Below are positions 60,401-64,000 of a stretch of 64,000 bases of DNA, in pieces. Below the pieces are notes generated by a model. The model was given only the letters and a program-made list of their open reading frames with translations. It did no database searches and was not told the DNA's origin. The position numbers and the translations under genes are program-made. Position 1 is the first letter of the stretch. Each line of letters starts with the position of its first letter. The stretch is from NCBI GenBank assembly GCA_965655095.1, contig OZ296658.1, positions 76,384,001-76,448,000 of the forward strand. The letters are read 5' to 3'. Origin of the DNA: Haplodiscus bocki (lineage: Eukaryota).

Positions 60401-63095
60401 AGTTCCGGAAACATTTTGGAAGTACTCAGAGTGTTACTCGATTTTTAACGTTTTTAGTGCGATATTTTGCCACCTCGTTCAAAATAAAGAATTTCGTGCG
60501 ACTTTTGAAAAGCTGTTTTCAAAACGGAGAAAAACTGCATGGGAGTACAGGAGGGACCCTACGGACCATGATAGTATCGGCGAAAGCGCAAATCAAAGAC
60601 TTTCGAATTTTTCGTGTTCCCAAGTCAATATGCTGGGATTTGCGTGGGGCTTTTTTTGAGAAATATTCCTTTTTTCCAAAAATGTAGCTAAGTTGTGTGG
60701 GAGTACAGGAGGGGTCATAAGCCTTATAGTAGCAGTGTGAGCGCACGAATCAAAAAATTTCGAATTTTTCTGAAATCTGACCGTCCTTGGGCGGCTATAT
60801 TTTACTTATCTAATTTTTTGTAGCGCTTATTGCATGGCGTCTCTGATGACTATGTTTTTAGCTGGCGCTTCTGTTGAAAAAGCTTCAAGATCACAACGAG
60901 TTGTCTGCTTTTTTTCCTGGTATATCTTTTTAAAGCATGCATGTATAGTCTATAACAAGCACGGGCAAATACTCGCAAAAACCAAAAGGTAGCTTCTACG
61001 AAATTTTGGGCACTGTAAGACAAAATTTTCGTGCAAGAATCGTGATGATGTTTAAGTTTTTGCGTTACCAGAAACTTTCTGAAACACCGAAAGAGCCCCC
61101 TTCACGAATTCTTTCTGTGACACGAAAAGTTTTACACATCTTTCTCTGTGATACCCGTTCTATGGTTTACCGAGAGTATCGTGCCTGAGAAATGGTCAAC
61201 GCCAGAACTTTTTCAGAAACACAAAAGTTCACTCTGAGGTACTGAGACAAAAAATATATACGAAATTTTTGATACTCATTTCACGCATAAAGTTTTTCGG
61301 TAACGCAAACTTTCAGAAACAGCAAAATGGGTCCCCACACCCGTTTGTTTTATCAGTATTGTGATACTGAGTCAAAGCGTTTTCGACCCTTTTTTTTGTG
61401 ACACCACCTTCTATGGTTTACCGAAAGTTTGCGACCGACAGATGGGCAGTGCTGGCTTTAAGCTGTTCTGAGCTTGTTACTGTTATAGTTGGTGATCAAA
61501 AAGATTCAGCAGTTTGATGAAGAGAAAGTTGACAACGTGGCTGAAAAGTTGGTCTCTAACGTGCTGGCCAGGTGCAACATGGCGGGAGTGAGATCAGACA
61601 ACACGTCAGCTATCGTCATATTTTTTGAAGAAAAACCGGATGTCACTGCTAATCCACCTCCCCCCTTGGACCCAGAGACAGCAAAACCCACTTCGGATGC
61701 TGCAGAAAAAGAAGGGAACATGTCATCAGATAATGAAACCGAAGACTGCTGTCGTTGGGCGGTCGATGACGTCATCGTGTCGTCTGATTCGACAGGTCCC
61801 GCAGTCAATGAGGTTAGGGCTGATATTTTTACTTGACATCAGTGTACGTTTGATTTCGTATTGTTGGAAAAGTTAAAAGTTATTGCAAAAAGAGAATAAA
61901 ATAGGTGAGCTACCTCTTTTTTTTTCGGCAAAGAGCTTCATCAAATATTTGATGTATGTCACGAAGCTTAACTTTGAAACTATTTTCGTTGCGGGTTATA
62001 TCAGTGCTCAAAAAGTTGTACCGGTTGTTCTAAAAAGGAATAAAGTTAGCTTTTCTTTTGAAGGATGAAGGTGAAGACAACGTTGAAGAAATTTCACAAG
62101 AACCAATCAACAACGAAAATGACCCAAAAGACGATTCCATGCTTCAATCGCTGCGCAATTTGATCAAGTTTCAAATGGCTGGCAGCGGACAAGCTCTGAA
62201 TGAACAAACTAATATCGACATCCCTTCGCCTCTTCAATTCCCAGGAATAACCCCAGTCAAGTCGGCTCAAAAACGTCGACCAGAACCTGACATTGACCTT
62301 TCCAATCTATCGCCTGCAAGCAAAGCTTCCAAAGTTGACACCGGTGTAGTTTCCACTGAACGCAAGTCCACTCGAAGCCTTTCGTACAAAGCGGCACCGC
62401 ATAACAAAAGTGAGTCAGCCAAAAGTGGAAATTTTGTGACCACTGAGAAAAACTCTGAGACCAAAGAAGTTGCAAAGGATGTTGAAAATGTGGAGTTGGT
62501 TGACGAAAAAGTGGTTGACACATCTGACAGGGATTCCAAAGAGGCACTAATGGGTGATGTATCTTCTGAAACAACTGAAAACACCTCAAAAACCACAAGT
62601 TCAGGAAATATCAGGAGCCCGATCGGGGATGAGGAAGCCGCAGAAACCCAAGAACAAAAGGCCACCGTAGTAGACACAAATACTGAGTCATCTAACCTGG
62701 ACGCACCAAACCTCAACCCAAATACTGAAGAAAACACTAACGGTGAAGAGTCTTCGGGCACTCCAATTTGTGAGATTCCCGATTCCGAGATCATTTCTTT
62801 ACCATCTGCTATTTTAGAGTGTGACCGTAGCTCTTGCGATGATGAAGATAATGTTGAAGAAGAGAAGGTAGATACTGATTTTTCCGGTACAACCGGCATC
62901 AGCTGCACAATGCCTTGTCTTAAACCAAAAGGACCTCCCTCTGGCGATCAAGTTTCAGAACTGTCAGACGAGAATTTTTGCGAAGAAACCGAAAATTCAG
63001 ACCCCATTAATTTCGACTTGCAATCTAGCGCTATAAGTGGCTGCAATGCTCTGACAACTCTTGTTCTAGAAATTTGTGACTCCACTACTTCCTGA
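45177..63095 (+). CDS. PPM1D: PPM1D/Wip1-like PP2C (PPM) Ser/Thr phosphatase; coding exons 45177-45471, 52188-52357, 54424-54613, 54995-55137, 61489-61812, 62064-63095 (2154 nt, 717 aa)
   Basis: Spliced exons stay in frame (intron phases 1,0,1,0,0) and give all PP2C motifs in order: [68 protein letters not shown]1D-type segments [15 protein letters not shown] and [10 protein letters not shown] (B-loop start) are present, followed by a long acidic low-complexity C-terminal tail. Confidence 0.9.
45580..48370 (+). mobile_element. CR1-type LINE in PPM1D intron 1: esterase-like ORF, PHD-finger ORF1, AP endonuclease, RT deleted, 3' end with CAA tail
   Basis: ORF1 PHD CATC...CVSC...HLEPSC...CNNC (46320-46500); endonuclease NARSL, CICETWL, GGVMVAI, YNPP, GDFNFP (47220-47680) joined near 47745 directly to the C-terminal [17 protein letters not shown] region; CDC..C and caacaacaa at the end. 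Confidence 0.85.
48455..48850 (-). repeat. Related HINE-like repeat (same caagac.gccggc end), probably interrupted by the LINE, with its other end at ~50700-50790
   Basis: caagacagccggcca end motif; the body (caattaaggtggaaaa...aaatcattt.atac.cattcta.agcaaa) is the reverse complement of 51280-51726. Confidence 0.55.
49020..50690 (+). mobile_element. Degenerate CR1/L2-type LINE RT fragment in PPM1D intron 1
   Basis: [36 protein letters not shown] and later ORF2-like segments with many stops. Confidence 0.75.
51240..51726 (+). repeat. Related HINE-like repeat, inverted relative to 48455-48850
   Basis: Ends in tagccggccgtcttg (51712-51726); body is homologous to 48455-48850. Confidence 0.55.
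52188..52357 (+). CDS. PPM1D: PPM1D-like coding exon 2
   Basis: Acceptor ttttatttag; encodes [40 protein letters not shown]; donor ATG|GTTAGC. Confidence 0.9.
52407..52572. mobile_element. Tc1/mariner-type MITE (166 bp) in PPM1D intron 2
   Basis: TIR CCGTAAAACCTGTAATTGAAGGCCA / TGGCTTTCAATTACAGGTTTTACGG, flanked by TA on both sides; internal duplication. Confidence 0.85.
53212..54311 (+). mobile_element. Second copy of the HINE-like tandem-array element (PPM1D intron 2)
   Basis: Reverse complement of 8160-9602: subTIR at 53213-53223 and 54275-54285, terminal tagccggccgtcttg, ttcggcactgtgagacaaaa units. Confidence 0.7.
54424..54613 (+). CDS. PPM1D: PPM1D-like coding exon 3 (not in the ORF track)
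   Basis: Acceptor tttcag; translates [63 protein letters not shown](G); donor G|GTTGGC. Confidence 0.9.
54995..55137 (+). CDS. PPM1D: PPM1D-like coding exon 4
   Basis: Acceptor tttatttcag; encodes [48 protein letters not shown]; followed by AAG|GCAAGT (GC donor). Confidence 0.88.
55385..55450 (-). repeat. tRNA-derived (SINE-like) fragment; similar relics at ~9420-9480 and ~57235-57300
   Basis: The reverse strand reads GCGGGTTCGAATCCCAGCA (B-box/T-arm-like), but no complete cloverleaf is visible. Confidence 0.45.
55594..56794 (-). mobile_element. Solo LTR-like insertion (1201 bp) with 5-bp TSD in PPM1D intron 4
   Basis: Begins TGTCAAACC and ends GGCTTGACA; ATGGT is duplicated at 55589-55593 and 56795-56799. 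Contains a minus-strand coiled-coil ORF running off the left end. Confidence 0.8.
58560..59900 (-). pseudogene. MULE (Mutator-like) transposase relic in PPM1D intron 4
   Basis: [14 protein letters not shown]...LADGTFKK...YQLYTAH...[16 protein letters not shown] is the MULE DDE core pattern; a downstream NVE*WH motif lies near 58850. Multiple stops. Confidence 0.75.
60930..61480 (+). repeat. Interspersed repeat copy abutting the PPM1D exon 5 acceptor
   Basis: Homologous to 44790-45080, with extra internal units (ctatggtttaccga repeated). Confidence 0.6.
61489..61812 (+). CDS. PPM1D: PPM1D-like coding exon 5
   Basis: Acceptor tgttatag; encodes [13 protein letters not shown]...[14 protein letters not shown] (last PP2C motif); donor GAG|GTTAGG. 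Confidence 0.88.
62064..63095 (+). CDS. PPM1D: PPM1D-like terminal coding exon 6 (acidic, disordered tail)
   Basis: Acceptor ttttcttttgaag is in frame with the 345-aa ORF 62058-63095; E/D/S/T-rich; stop TGA ends at 63095. Confidence 0.8.
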   Translation, partial: DEGEDNVEEISQEPINNENDPKDDSMLQSLRNLIKFQMAGSGQALNEQTNIDIPSPLQFPGITPVKSAQKRRPEPDIDLSNLSPASKASKVDTGVVSTERKSTRSLSYKAAPHNKSESAKSGNFVTTEKNSETKEVAKDVENVELVDEKVVDTSDRDSKEALMGDVSSETTENTSKTTSSGNIRSPIGDEEAAETQEQKATVVDTNTESSNLDAPNLNPNTEENTNGEESSGTPICEIPDSEIISLPSAILECDRSSCDDEDNVEEEKVDTDFSGTTGISCTMPCLKPKGPPSGDQVSELSDENFCEETENSDPINFDLQSSAISGCNALTTLVLEICDSTTS

Positions 63096-64000
63096 TTATT
63101 CATAATGAATGAAAATGGAACATTCGCAACTTCTTTCGGCTCAAAATCACAGCGTCATTATTTCAAATTTTCCATTTTGCCGCCCATACCACAGTCGTCG
63201 CCGCCATTGAACTCCAAAGGAAGAAGAACATTCAACGACTTAGTTCTAGATTTTTTATTTAATTTACTAGTTAATTAATCTAGCCATGAAATAATGATAA
63301 TAATCCTGTATTTTTCTCTTTTATTATTAAATGAATATTTTGTGATACTTAATTCAACTGCAATGCATAATTTTCCCCTCCATTGTGCAAATGCAAAATT
63401 TCCCAATATTGTGCGTGTTTTATGTGCGAGGAAAGTCTGCACGGGTGACTAACCAGCTGGCCTTCTGCTTATACTACCGGTTATTCAATTCGCTTAGCTT
63501 GTCTCCTGCAATTTTATTGACTGAGCTTGCGCAATTCGGATACATAACAATTCTGAGCAATTAGCGAAAATTAAACTACGAAAATTAAATTTATTCAAGC
63601 GCAGAATTGGCTAAATGAGCTGCCGGCTGAGTGAAGGTCACCTTTTCGAACTAAATATTTTCCAATAGATGCACAAACATTTTCCACTCCTTGGTTATTC
63701 TCTAATCTTGATGTACAAACGTGCCCTTATGTTGTTTCCTCGAATAAAAGGTTTTAAATAATAATGTTTCTAACAAACCACGACACTTGCGATTTAAATA
63801 TATATTTTCAATATTTCATCCATGACTTTGGTTGGTTTTGCCGGAATAAAGATGTTCCTGTTCGTTGAGCTTTGAAAGCTGTGCGTTTTTCAACTTGCCC
63901 AATTCAATTCCTAAACTTCAATTTGATCATGTCAAGTGATTTTTATTGATTCCAGTAAAACTGTATGGAAAAGAAAGTGAAAGGTCACTTTTGAATTGTA

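Noticed and set aside
62257-62908. 213-aa and 113-aa minus-strand ORFs opposite PPM1D exon 6
   Set aside because: Shadow frames of a low-complexity coding exon.

Overview
Eukaryotic (invertebrate-type), AT-rich, transposon-dense genomic window with one 200-N assembly gap (15895-16094). The only clear host gene is a six-coding-exon PPM1D/Wip1-like PP2C phosphatase (+, 45177-63095, 717 aa when spliced), whose fourth intron appears to use a GC donor. The rest is mobile DNA. (1) A ~14.2 kb Ty3/Gypsy retrotransposon on the minus strand (16095-30309) has an open gag, a -1 frameshift signal and a lightly decayed pol. Between pol and its 3' terminal repeat it carries an unexpected ~1,200-codon, 8-exon spliced gene in antisense orientation (with a hAT/BED-like zinc finger), plus a divergent Ser/Pro-rich ORF. 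(2) A more decayed Gypsy element on the plus strand (~33040-42515) carries, after integrase, an env-like glycoprotein remnant with chuvirus/gB-type cysteine motifs and a DnaJ J-domain ORF. (3) Also present: CR1/L2-type LINE fragments (one with an extra esterase-like ORF before a PHD ORF1), Helentron-associated (HINE/DINE-like) repeats, a CACTA-like non-autonomous element, a Tc1/mariner MITE, a solo LTR with a 5-bp TSD and a MULE transposase relic. The most novel signals are the cargo genes of the two Gypsy elements and their atypical terminal repeats. All alignments and translations were done by eye; no database searches were run.
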